Source: an uncultured Thermodesulfobacteriota bacterium | GTDB lineage: Bacteria; Desulfobacterota; Deferrisomatia; Deferrisomatales; JACRMM01 | NCBI GenBank assembly: GCA_964647795.1 | Contig: CAZYJP010000001.1 | Coordinates: 1-26,875 of the forward strand | Direction of reading: 5' to 3' | Length of the DNA: 26,875 nt | Part shown: in pieces, positions 16,904-24,959 of the stretch | How positions within the stretch are numbered: position 1 is the stretch's first letter | Layout of the letters: the number at the start of each line of letters is the position of its first letter | Position numbers and translations under genes: made by a program | The notes under the pieces: model-generated | Seen by the model: only the letters and a program-made list of their open reading frames with translations | Told to the model about the DNA's origin: nothing | Database searches by the model: none

Positions 16904-17574
16904 GGAGCTCAGGGTTTGTTGTCGCGGTCCTGGTGATCGGAGCGTGCGCGTGTACCTCCTTGAGCCCTGCCGGCCGCCTCTATGAGACGTATGCGCGGAT
17001 CGACGGGGGAAAGGTTGCCGGGGAGATCGAGCGCTGGGAGGGCGTGGCCCAGGATGCGCCGGACGGCGCGCTTCGCGCCGGGGCACACTTGCGGCTGGCT
17101 CTGCTCCTGTCCCACCCCGAGCATCCGGAACCCGACTATCGGAGGGCGTTGGAAGAACTGGAGCGCTATCGGTCCCTGGATCCCCGAGGCGCTCGGGACC
17201 TGGAGTTACGTCGACTCCTGGGGGTTCTCTCGGACCTGCGCCGCTGCGAGCTCCAGGAGGAGCGGAGGGGGGATTTGGTGGAGTTCCTGTGGAAGGAGGA
17301 ACAAGACGTTCGGCGACGCCTCGAGGAACTGCGGCAAGACAGTCGGGGGGTGGACGGGCTCCTGGACGTGGTGCTGGAACGGGAGCGCGCCCTGGGGCGG
17401 CAGAATCAGGAGCTCATCCGGGAGCACGAGGAAATCGCGGAGCAGCTTCGGGAGTTGGAGTCGGGCACCCGGACGCTGGAAGCGGAGAACCGGGAATTGA
17501 AGGAAACCCTGGAGCGCCTCAAGAACCTGGACCTCCAACTGGAACGGATGCGATCCGGGGATCCGCCCCGTTGA
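16900..17574 (+). CDS. Putative lipoprotein, helical/TPR-like N-half and long C-terminal coiled coil
   Basis: Signal peptide with lipobox-like VIGA-C16; heptad-rich C-half ending LKETLERLKNLDLQLERMR; ATGA overlap with the GGDEF gene. Confidence 0.75.
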   Translation: MRSSGFVVAVLVIGACACTSLSPAGRLYETYARIDGGKVAGEIERWEGVAQDAPDGALRAGAHLRLALLLSHPEHPEPDYRRALEELERYRSLDPRGARDLELRRLLGVLSDLRRCELQEERRGDLVEFLWKEEQDVRRRLEELRQDSRGVDGLLDVVLERERALGRQNQELIREHEEIAEQLRELESGTRTLEAENRELKETLERLKNLDLQLERMRSGDPPR

Positions 17575-17705
17575 ACGGCCGGCCGGAATCCGTTCGGGGA
17601 ACTAGAAGGCGGTGTTGCCCCCTCGGAGAATCGCCGGCGCGCCGTGCCTGCCCAGGAGACGGAGAGCCCCGGGGAACCCGTGCGCAGGCCCGCCGCCCAT
17701 CGTCC

Positions 17706-17739
17706 CGCATCCGGCGCGCATCCGGTGGCGCGCATCCGG
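17706..17739. repeat. Three copies of CGCATCCGG
   Basis: Copies at 17706-17714, 17717-17725 and 17731-17739 in intergenic DNA. Confidence 0.75.
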
Positions 17740-17743
17740 TGCG

Positions 17744-17773
17744 TTGACCCGCCGGTAGCCGGTCACGTAGAGT
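17744..17773 (+). promoter_or_regulatory. Possible sigma70 promoter of the AAA-ATPase cluster
   Basis: TTGACC (17744-17749), 18 nt spacer, TAGAGT (17768-17773), about 60 nt before ATG 17833. Confidence 0.4.
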
Positions 17774-17832
17774 AGAGATCAAACGATGGTTCGGCTCGCT
17801 GGTGGTGCCGCGGGGCGGAAGAGAGTGGGGCC

Positions 17833-18114
17833 ATGCGCTCGTTTCTCGGCTATTTCGGTCTGGAAACCGGAGAGAAGGCCTGGGATGTCCTGTGCTGGGC
17901 GGCACCCTACCTTCTCCTCCTCGGGACCGCGCTGTTGGGGCTCTCTTTCGGCGTCCAGTGGCTTTTCCCGCTTCCCTTGTGGGTGCACGGGGCAGCGGTC
18001 CTTTTGGCCCTGTTCTATTTTTTCCTGTTTCTGGCGCGCATGCGCCGAAGTGTCGAAGACTCGGACCCGGACGAGGGAGCCGATGCAGGTCCTCCCCCCG
18101 ATGTCCGTGCCTAG
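17833..18114 (+). CDS. Hypothetical small membrane protein (2 TM, acidic tail)
   Basis: Two clear hydrophobic segments, purine-rich upstream sequence, co-oriented with the downstream cluster. Confidence 0.65.
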   Translation: MRSFLGYFGLETGEKAWDVLCWAAPYLLLLGTALLGLSFGVQWLFPLPLWVHGAAVLLALFYFFLFLARMRRSVEDSDPDEGADAGPPPDVRA

Positions 18115-18202
18115 GTGACGGGGGCGAAGCCCCCCAGGTCCCCTCACCCGAGTTATGCCCTTTGAATCGGGTCAGCCTGCAGCGGCACAGCCCGGAGAGA
18201 CC

Positions 18203-19693
18203 ATGGACGTTCGGGAAGAACTGAGCATCCTCATCCGTTCCCGACAGCCTCTCATCTCCCTGGTGACCGGGGAGGAGGAACGGGCGCGCGATCTCCTGCG
18301 GGAACTGGCCGAGGAGCTGGGAAACCGGGAGCTCTTCTTCTGGAACGCCGTGACCGGGTTTCGGAAGGTGGGGAGCGGGGGAAATCCGCTGGAGGAGGGG
18401 CGAATGGACCCACTCACTGCCCTTCAGCGGCTCGAGGCATACCGGGGAGAGGCCCTCTTCGTACTGGAGGACTTCCACCCCTTCTTCGAAGAGCCGGTGG
18501 TGGTGCGGATGCTTCGCAACCTCCTCTATTCCCTGCGGTCTGCCCGGAAGACCGCGGTCCTCATCAGCCACAACTTCAAGCTCCCGGCTGAGTTCCGCGA
18601 AGACGTACCCCAGGTTTTCTTGCCACTACCCGACTACGAGGCCCTTCGGGAGCTTCTCCACGGAGTCTGCGAGGGCAGGGACGTGAAGGTGGATCTGACC
18701 TCGGAGGGAGAGGAGAAATTGGTCAAGTCCGCGTTGGGACTCACCGAGAATCAGGCCCGCGGAGTGTTCGTCAAGTCGATCCTCAAGCACCAAGACCTCA
18801 ACCAGTCGGCGATCGGCCTAGTGCTCTCGGAGAAGCAGAAGATCATAAAGAAGGACGAAGTGCTGGAATTCTTCCCCGCCCGTGAGAGGATTTCCGACAT
18901 TGGCGGTCTCGACAACCTCAAGGAATGGCTAAAGAAGCGAGACAAGGCCTTCAGCAGCCGCGCCAAGGACTACGGGCTCCCCAACCCCAAGGGGATCCTG
19001 ATCATCGGGGTTCAGGGTACGGGGAAGAGCCTGACGGCCAAGGCAACCTCGGCCCTGTGGCGCTTGCCTCTCCTGCGCATGGACATGGGCAAGGTGTTCG
19101 GCAGCCTCGTGGGGGAGTCGGAGGAACGCATCCGCAAGGCCCTCCTCCTGGCCGAGACCATCAGTCCCTGCATCTTGTGGATCGACGAGATCGAGAAGGG
19201 GTTTGCCAGCGTGGCCGGGAGCGGCGACTCCGGGACCTCGGCCCGGGTGTTCGGTACGTTCCTCACCTGGATGCAGGAAAAGGAAAAGCCCGTCTTCGTG
19301 ATCGCTACCGGCAACGATATCGCCAACCTTCCCCCGGAGCTCATGCGCAAGGGCCGCTTCGACGAGATCTTCTTCGTAGACCTCCCCACCTACGACGAGC
19401 GCATCGAGATCTTCCGCGTTCATCTGGCGCGGGTGCGGCCGGTGATCCGCAACTACGAGATCTCCTTCCTGGCCGGCGAGACCGAGGGGTTCAGCGGTGC
19501 CGAGATCGAGCAGGCGATCATCAATGCCATGTACAACGCTTTCGACGACGGGGAACGGGAGTTCACCACCGAAGACATCCGCAAGGGCGCGCGAGAGGTC
19601 ATCCCGATCGCCAAGCTGATGAGCGAACGGATCGAGAAATTGCGCGAGTGGGCGGCCGAGCGGACGCGTCGGGCCAACAAGGAAGCTCACTGA
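18203..19693 (+). CDS. Ycf46-family AAA+ ATPase
   Basis: N-terminus LIRSRQPL...EEERA; degenerate first domain (LEDFHPF, no Walker A); active domain [54 protein letters not shown] 18203 follows GGAGAG. Confidence 0.9.
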   Translation: MDVREELSILIRSRQPLISLVTGEEERARDLLRELAEELGNRELFFWNAVTGFRKVGSGGNPLEEGRMDPLTALQRLEAYRGEALFVLEDFHPFFEEPVVVRMLRNLLYSLRSARKTAVLISHNFKLPAEFREDVPQVFLPLPDYEALRELLHGVCEGRDVKVDLTSEGEEKLVKSALGLTENQARGVFVKSILKHQDLNQSAIGLVLSEKQKIIKKDEVLEFFPARERISDIGGLDNLKEWLKKRDKAFSSRAKDYGLPNPKGILIIGVQGTGKSLTAKATSALWRLPLLRMDMGKVFGSLVGESEERIRKALLLAETISPCILWIDEIEKGFASVAGSGDSGTSARVFGTFLTWMQEKEKPVFVIATGNDIANLPPELMRKGRFDEIFFVDLPTYDERIEIFRVHLARVRPVIRNYEISFLAGETEGFSGAEIEQAIINAMYNAFDDGEREFTTEDIRKGAREVIPIAKLMSERIEKLREWAAERTRRANKEAH

Positions 19694-19702
19694 GGAGGGT
19701 CC

Positions 19703-20077
19703 ATGTCCCATTTCACCAAGGTGCGGACCAAGATCGTCGAGCTGCTCCAACTCAAGCGCGCCCTGGACGACATGAACCTCGAGTACCAGGAGGGCAAGGT
19801 CAAGATTCGAGGCTACCTGGGACAGAAGATGGCCGTGGATCTTCGGGTCCGGACCCCGGAGGGGTACGACATCGGCTTCGTGAAGAGCGGAGACACTTAC
19901 GAGGTCGTGGCCGACTGGGACATGGTCAAGACCTTCACCCAGGAGACCTTCACCCGAGAAGTCGCCCGCCGCTATGCGTACCACGTGGTCAAAGAGCAGC
20001 TCGGCATCCAGGATTTCCGCGTCGTGCAGGAAACCCGGCAGGGGGAGACGGTGAGCCTGACCCTGAGGAGGATGTGA
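19703..20077 (+). CDS. DUF1257 (Ycf35-like) protein
   Basis: MSHFTKVRTKI..L..ALDD, DIGF......YEVVADW, RRYAY pattern; GAGGAGG RBS; typical position after a Ycf46 ATPase. Confidence 0.85.
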   Translation: MSHFTKVRTKIVELLQLKRALDDMNLEYQEGKVKIRGYLGQKMAVDLRVRTPEGYDIGFVKSGDTYEVVADWDMVKTFTQETFTREVARRYAYHVVKEQLGIQDFRVVQETRQGETVSLTLRRM

Positions 20078-20078
20078 G

Positions 20079-20279
20079 TTGGAAGAGGTCAAGGTGTCGA
20101 TCGACGAGGAGGGCAACGTCAAGGTGACCGTCTTCGGGGTTCGGGGGCCAGGGTGTCTGGCGATTACCGAGAAACTCGAGGCCCTCCTCGGGGGGAGCGT
20201 GGAGCGCGAGTTCACCTCGGAGTACTACAGTCAGGTCGAAGAGGTCGGTCAGAAGACCAAGGTGGAGCGCAAGGCCTGA
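20079..20279 (+). CDS. DUF2997 protein
   Basis: I..EG.V.V.V.GV.GPGC...TEKLE..LG....REFTSEYY pattern; TTG start 7 nt after GAGGAGG. Confidence 0.85.
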   Translation: MEEVKVSIDEEGNVKVTVFGVRGPGCLAITEKLEALLGGSVEREFTSEYYSQVEEVGQKTKVERKA

Positions 20280-20285
20280 CGGCAG

Positions 20286-22046
20286 ATGGATCCCCTCGTC
20301 CACCGCCCGGTCGGCGATCTTCTGGAGGAGATCCTCACCCGGGGGGCCGCCCGCTTCCCCGGTTACGTCGAGTTGTATCCGCTGGGCCCCATCCCCTATC
20401 GGACGTCGGTCCTGTTGGGGGGACTCTGCCTCGGCCCCGACACCGAGGCGGAGTTGAGGGACCGACTGACCCGAAGGGACTCTCCGGAAAAGACCCGGCT
20501 CGTGCTGGGCCTCGGCGAGATCGGGCACCCGATGGCCGAGGGGCACCTGGCCCGGGTGCTGCGAGAGCGCGGATCGGAAGAGGTGATGGCCGCGGCTCTC
20601 CGCGGTCTGGGCCGGATTCGGGGGGCGCGCAGTCTTCCGCTGATCCTGCAGCACCTGGAGCAAACCTCGCTGTTCCCGGCCGCGTGCGAGGCCCTGGCCC
20701 TCTACGGAGGTCCCGAGGCGGCGGCGGGTCTGGTGAGGCGGGCGGCCGAATTCCCTGCCTTTCGGGCACTCTGCGAGTTGGGGACCTCCGGGGCCAAGGC
20801 TGAAATCCTCGCCGGCCTGGAGCGGGGGGATCCGTGGGACGCGGAAGCGGCTCGCGGAATCGGGCGTCTGGGCGACAGGGAGCTTGGTAACCGGCTCCTG
20901 CCATGCCTGGAGACGACCAGCCCGGTACTCGCACGGGCCGCCTTCGAGGCCTATGCCCGTCTGGGGGCCCCTGCCGGCGCGGAACCGCTGCTGCGCCTTG
21001 CGGAAGCAGGGCTGGAGGCGTGGATGGTGCCGTCCCTCGCATCTGTGGACGACCCCCGGGTCCACCGCCTGCTCCTCGGGTCCCTGACACCGCTCCCTTC
21101 CAAGGGGCTTCTGGGCCGGCTGTTCCGGAGGCGGAAGGACACCGGGATCGAAGGCCGCGCCGTCTACCGCTCGCTGCGGGGGGCGACCGACCCCGAGGTG
21201 GTTGAGAAGCTCTTGGAACGGCTCGGGGAGACGGCACCGGTCCTGGAGGTTCGCGAGCTCCTGGAGAATCGTTCGTTGCGCACCGAGGTCCGGCACGCCG
21301 AGGCCCTTCTCCCCTTGTGGCGGGAGGGGGATCTTTTCTCACGGTATCTTGCAGCTCGTGTCCTCCTGCAGATACCGAACGCCGCCTTCCTGACCGAGGC
21401 CCTCGAGCTCCTCAAACGCCCCGGTTTTCTTCCCCTCGACGGCGTACCGGCCTCCGCCGACCGAGCCCGCATGTTGGAGGCCTACGCCAGGGACAACAAT
21501 CCCTCCCTCCTGCTGGGTGGTTTTCTGGATACGGGACTGGCAGATGCTTCCGGCCTGCTGGAATCGCTGCGCCGCCGTTTCGCCGCGCATGGGTTTCCGG
21601 AGGGTTGCGAACCGGCGGCCCGATTCTCTGGGCCGGGAGAGGGGGAGATCGGGGAGTTCCTGGGTGCCTTGGTGGCCGCCCACCCCGACAAGGCCGAACC
21701 CCTGACACGGATGTGGGGGCTCCTGGACGAGCTCGACGACCGGGGGGATCGTCTCCTGGACCTCTTCCTGGCTTGGACCGGCGTCCACCGGGGTTCGCTC
21801 CAGCGTGCCCTTGCCCAGGGGATCGGGTTCGCCCTGGGCCGGTTCGTCCAGGGGCAGACCGACCGCTACCTGCCGCTTCTCGACGAGATCGGGGGGCACG
21901 CGCCGAAAGAGGGTCCGTTGGCCGCGCCCGTCCGGGCTGCTCTGGAAGCGGCGCGAGGGACCCTTCAGGCAGCGTGCCACGACATCGCCTTGCTCTCGGA
22001 GGGCCGAAGCCAGCGGGGGGACATGGTGCTCATCGAGGAGCTTTAG
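20286..22046 (+). CDS. HEAT (PBS-lyase-like) repeat protein
   Basis: Repeats such as LGLGEIG, ALRGLGRI, ACEALALYG, AARGIGRLG, AAFEAYARLG in the N-terminal half; helical C-terminal half of unknown type. Confidence 0.8.
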   Translation: MDPLVHRPVGDLLEEILTRGAARFPGYVELYPLGPIPYRTSVLLGGLCLGPDTEAELRDRLTRRDSPEKTRLVLGLGEIGHPMAEGHLARVLRERGSEEVMAAALRGLGRIRGARSLPLILQHLEQTSLFPAACEALALYGGPEAAAGLVRRAAEFPAFRALCELGTSGAKAEILAGLERGDPWDAEAARGIGRLGDRELGNRLLPCLETTSPVLARAAFEAYARLGAPAGAEPLLRLAEAGLEAWMVPSLASVDDPRVHRLLLGSLTPLPSKGLLGRLFRRRKDTGIEGRAVYRSLRGATDPEVVEKLLERLGETAPVLEVRELLENRSLRTEVRHAEALLPLWREGDLFSRYLAARVLLQIPNAAFLTEALELLKRPGFLPLDGVPASADRARMLEAYARDNNPSLLLGGFLDTGLADASGLLESLRRRFAAHGFPEGCEPAARFSGPGEGEIGEFLGALVAAHPDKAEPLTRMWGLLDELDDRGDRLLDLFLAWTGVHRGSLQRALAQGIGFALGRFVQGQTDRYLPLLDEIGGHAPKEGPLAAPVRAALEAARGTLQAACHDIALLSEGRSQRGDMVLIEEL

Positions 22047-22122
22047 CAGGGTGAATCACTACGCTTTTCAAGCGCCGTGATTCGGCGCCCCATGCAGGGC
22101 TGCTTTTTCAGCAGCCTGCTAG
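22044..22122 (-). mobile_element. Truncated MITE-like repeat (copy 1)
   Basis: Ends TTTTTCAGCAGCCTGCTAG (22104-22122); TAGCAGG/CCTGCTA inverted termini; 22079-22093 is the exact reverse complement of 25392-25406. Confidence 0.6.
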
Positions 22123-22209
22123 GGTAAAGACCGCGGTCCTAGAGGTTCCTGGTCTTCAAGGGTTTTTGGGCCGAACCGACGAGTCGGCACGCCGTGCGAA
22201 GGACACACC

Positions 22210-23670
22210 GTGGCAGACCTGACCATCGACCTGGGCAACTACAACACGATCCTGACCTTCCGCCAAGACACGGCGGAAATCAGGGGGCTCCTGAGGGGTG
22301 TGGCTCGGGGAATCCACGAATTTCCCGGAACGCTCTTCGTCCCCTCCCTCATCTATCTCGGGGATCGCACCCTGCTCGGGGAGGAGGTGTTGAGCGAGGG
22401 GCTCTACGAGGACGAGGGGTGCTTTCGGGACCTCAAAGACCACATCCTCCACCCGGCCCCGGTGGCCCGTAGCGTTCGGGGCCTGAGATATACCCACAAG
22501 AAGGCCGCCGCCACCTTTCTCACCGAGCTCACCCGGCGCCTGGCCGCAGAAATGGGGGAGCCCCTCAACCTGGTCTTCCTGTTCCCGAATCAAGGGGGGG
22601 AGCTGTTTCGGGAGTGTCTTCGCTACGTGGACCTGGAAGGAGCCCGCTCCGTGACTCTCTTGGACGAGGACACCGCGGTAGCCCTGGGCTACGATTTGAA
22701 CCTTTTCGTAGACGATCTGGTGTTGGTCTTCGATTTCGGCTTCTCGTCCCTGAGGGCGCGGGTACTCCAGTTCCAGTGGCTCGGTCGCGAGGCATACACG
22801 CCGCCGGTCCTCAAGGCCGCCGCCAGTCTCCCGGTGGGCACGGCGGACCTGCGGATGAAGATCCTGCGCGAGCTTCACGTGGATGACGCCGGCGCGGACC
22901 TGCCCACCTTCTACTGGAAGAAGTTCCGCCTGCACGACGTCGACTCGGAGCCCCTCAGCCACGAACGGTTCGAGGAAGCGCTGCGCAGGGAAGGCCTCGG
23001 CGCACGCGTGCAGGAGGCGCTGGACCGCGCCCTGGAGGAGGCTGCGCTCACGGGGGTGCGGGCGTCGGACATCCGCAAGGTGCTCCTCGTAGGGGGCGGC
23101 ACCCGAATTCCACAGATCCGCCGAACTCTTGACGAGAACTTTGGGGATCGGGTCCTGGGGGACTTGCCGGAGGTGGCCTCTGGAAGGGGTGGTGTCCACT
23201 TCCTCTCGGAGCGCGCTGTGGACGACATGGTACGAGAGACCTACTCGATCCAGGTCCGCGATGCCATCAGCGGGGAGTACCGGTATGCTCCCGTCGTGGA
23301 GAGGTACTCGCGTTACCCCACGCGGAGCCCCACCGCGCGCTACGTGGTGAACACCTTCTACGACGGCCAGTACGAGCTGCACCTGACCATCTTTCGAACC
23401 ACTCGCTCGGGCGAGGCGGAGGCCGGGAGAGAGATCGTGTACGGGGAGGACGGAAGGATCAGTTTCGTCGGCGGCCAGACCCAGGAGGCTCACGAGCCGG
23501 TGATGGTCGCCCCCCTGGTGATCCCGGTCCAACCCCCGGGCAGGATCGGGGAGCGCAGGTTCCTCCTCGAATTCGGTGTGGACAACCAGAAGCGCCTCCT
23601 GGTCACCGTGAAGGATCTGCGAGAGGAGAGGGTGCTGTGGGAGGACAAGCCCCTGATGGAGTTGGCCTAG
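22210..23670 (+). CDS. Divergent Hsp70-family protein (no helical lid)
   Basis: IDLGNYNT, VPSLIY, LLDEDTAVALGY, LVFDFGFSS, VLLVGGGTRIPQIR correspond to the Hsp70 ATPase motifs; beta-rich C-terminal domain; 486 aa; GTG start after AAGGA. Confidence 0.85.
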   Translation: MADLTIDLGNYNTILTFRQDTAEIRGLLRGVARGIHEFPGTLFVPSLIYLGDRTLLGEEVLSEGLYEDEGCFRDLKDHILHPAPVARSVRGLRYTHKKAAATFLTELTRRLAAEMGEPLNLVFLFPNQGGELFRECLRYVDLEGARSVTLLDEDTAVALGYDLNLFVDDLVLVFDFGFSSLRARVLQFQWLGREAYTPPVLKAAASLPVGTADLRMKILRELHVDDAGADLPTFYWKKFRLHDVDSEPLSHERFEEALRREGLGARVQEALDRALEEAALTGVRASDIRKVLLVGGGTRIPQIRRTLDENFGDRVLGDLPEVASGRGGVHFLSERAVDDMVRETYSIQVRDAISGEYRYAPVVERYSRYPTRSPTARYVVNTFYDGQYELHLTIFRTTRSGEAEAGREIVYGEDGRISFVGGQTQEAHEPVMVAPLVIPVQPPGRIGERRFLLEFGVDNQKRLLVTVKDLREERVLWEDKPLMELA

Positions 23671-23933
23671 GCGGCGAACGAGACGGACAGGGACAGGCTG
23701 CGCGTCGGCTGTTCGTCGTCCGGTTGGCAGTGGGCGGGCCCGCCTTCCTCCTGGCGGTGTTCGGGTTGGTCGTCGGCTATCGGCTGGCCGGCCTCCCGTT
23801 GGGAGACGGGAGGTTCTGGTGGGTTCTGGGGCCCGTGATCACGGCCTTTGCCCTCTATCTCGGGCATGCTATTCTGCGCCTCCGATGCCCGACGGGGAGG
23901 CGCCCGGGACCCTTCCCGACGAAGGAGGAGTGA
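23637..23933 (+). CDS. Hypothetical small membrane protein (2 TM)
   Basis: Two hydrophobic segments; AGGAG upstream of GTG 23637; fills the gap between Hsp70 and tpx; start uncertain. Confidence 0.55.
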   Translation: MGGQAPDGVGLGGERDGQGQAARRLFVVRLAVGGPAFLLAVFGLVVGYRLAGLPLGDGRFWWVLGPVITAFALYLGHAILRLRCPTGRRPGPFPTKEE

Positions 23934-23938
23934 ATGAC

Positions 23939-24445
23939 ATGCAGGAGCGCCGGGGGTTCGTAATGCTGAGGGGAAACTCCATGGCCCTGGTTGGGCCGGC
24001 TCTCCAGGCGGGGGACCGCGCCCCCGATTTTACGGTGCTGGACGGGGCCTGGAAGCCGGTCACCCTCGCCGACTTCGCGGGGAAGAAGAAGCTCATCAGT
24101 GCCGTGCCGAGTCTCGATACACCGATTTGCGAGCTCCAGACCAAGCGCTTCCACGAGGAAGCGGGGAAGCTGCCCCCCGACGTCGCGGTCCTCACCGTGT
24201 CCATGGACCTGCCCTTCGCCCAGAGCCGGTTCTGCACCACCCACGGGATCGAGTCGCTCCACGTGCTCTCGGACTACCGGGACGCGTCCTTCGGCCTGGC
24301 CTGGGGCATCCTGATCCGAGACGTGAGGCTCCTGGCCCGGGCCGTCTTTGTGGTCGACGAGCAGGACGTGATCCGGCACCTTGAAATCGTGCCCGAGGTC
24401 TCGGAGCACCCGGACTACGAGGCAGCTTTCGCGGCGATCCGCTGA
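23939..24445 (+). CDS. tpx: Thiol peroxidase (Tpx, atypical 2-Cys peroxiredoxin)
   Basis: GDRAPDF, VPSLDTPICELQTKRF (peroxidatic Cys), SMDLPFAQSRFC (resolving Cys), LLARAVFVVD, HPDYE; ATG 23939 after AGGAGGAG. Confidence 0.95.
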   Translation: MQERRGFVMLRGNSMALVGPALQAGDRAPDFTVLDGAWKPVTLADFAGKKKLISAVPSLDTPICELQTKRFHEEAGKLPPDVAVLTVSMDLPFAQSRFCTTHGIESLHVLSDYRDASFGLAWGILIRDVRLLARAVFVVDEQDVIRHLEIVPEVSEHPDYEAAFAAIR

Positions 24446-24556
24446 ACCCTCGGCCCTCGTTCCCGGACCCGAACCGAGGGGTGGTCTTCCAACGGGCAGG
24501 CCACTGGCGTCGGCGGACCGGAGGAAGAGCGCGGCAAATTTCCGTCGGCCAATGGG

Positions 24557-24584
24557 TTGACAGCGATGAATTGCCTGGTAGTCT
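24557..24584 (+). promoter_or_regulatory. Sigma70-like promoter with extended -10, no ORF immediately downstream
   Basis: TTGACA (24557-24562), 16 nt spacer ending TGG, TAGTCT (24579-24584). Confidence 0.55.
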
Positions 24585-24590
24585 GGAGCA

Positions 24591-24779
24591 TGTGCCAGGT
24601 AGCACACGCGGTACCGGGCCGGCGAGTCTTGCGAGCCTCGGGCCCAGGCAAGGTCGGGGAATATCCGCAACACGCAACGAACCGAGTGCACGCTGACTGT
24701 TGAGAGACCCCTGACAGCCTAGTGACTGCGATGTCCCTGGACAAAGCCGGCCCCGGCAGGGTAGCCCTGCCGGGGCCGG
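24591..24779 (+). ncRNA. Candidate structured ncRNA (end-to-end paired rod, possibly 6S-like)
   Basis: Begins 7 nt after the predicted -10; 24591-24599 pairs with 24736-24743 and 24604-24614 with 24722-24734; ends in a 15-bp hairpin. No Rfam family recognised by eye. Confidence 0.4.
24747..24779. terminator. Perfect 15-bp hairpin, probable terminator or 3' end structure
   Basis: CCGGCCCCGGCAGGG-TAG-CCCTGCCGGGGCCGG; weak U-tracts on either strand, so orientation is uncertain. Confidence 0.55.
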
Positions 24780-24959
24780 TGCATTCGCCTGGTAACCTCG
24801 CCGGATGCCCCGGGTGCCGGGACATAAACTTAACGATAACACTTTCTTTTGTCTTGACTTTATCTCTGACTTCGGCAAACTTCGCAAGCACTCTGCTTTG
24901 GCCATGGGGGTCGAAGGGAGTGCTGTATCTCCGGCGAAGCGTCGGGAAAGGAGGAAGTC

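Noticed and set aside
19-21296. Many long alternative-frame ORFs (e.g. 626-1741+, 1745-3139+, 6034-7593-, 8081-9352-, 11968-13926-, 13809-15560+, 18929-20215-, 19989-21296-)
   Set aside because: Shadow ORFs of well-supported genes, expected at high GC; Arg/Gly/Pro-rich translations with no motifs or RBS.
22184-22200. CGGCACGCCGTGC as a sigma54 promoter before the Hsp70 gene
   Set aside because: GG-to-GC spacing is 8 nt rather than the required 10.
24823-24835. CATAAACTTAACG upstream of comEA as a second copy of the lexA motif
   Set aside because: Needs two insertions to align with CATAACTTACG and lacks the TACGCATA repeat; too weak to claim.
24874-24930. GGCAAAC before comEA as a GEMM riboswitch
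   Set aside because: No GNRA-capped P2 or following GACGCAAAGC; kept only as a generic leader hairpin.
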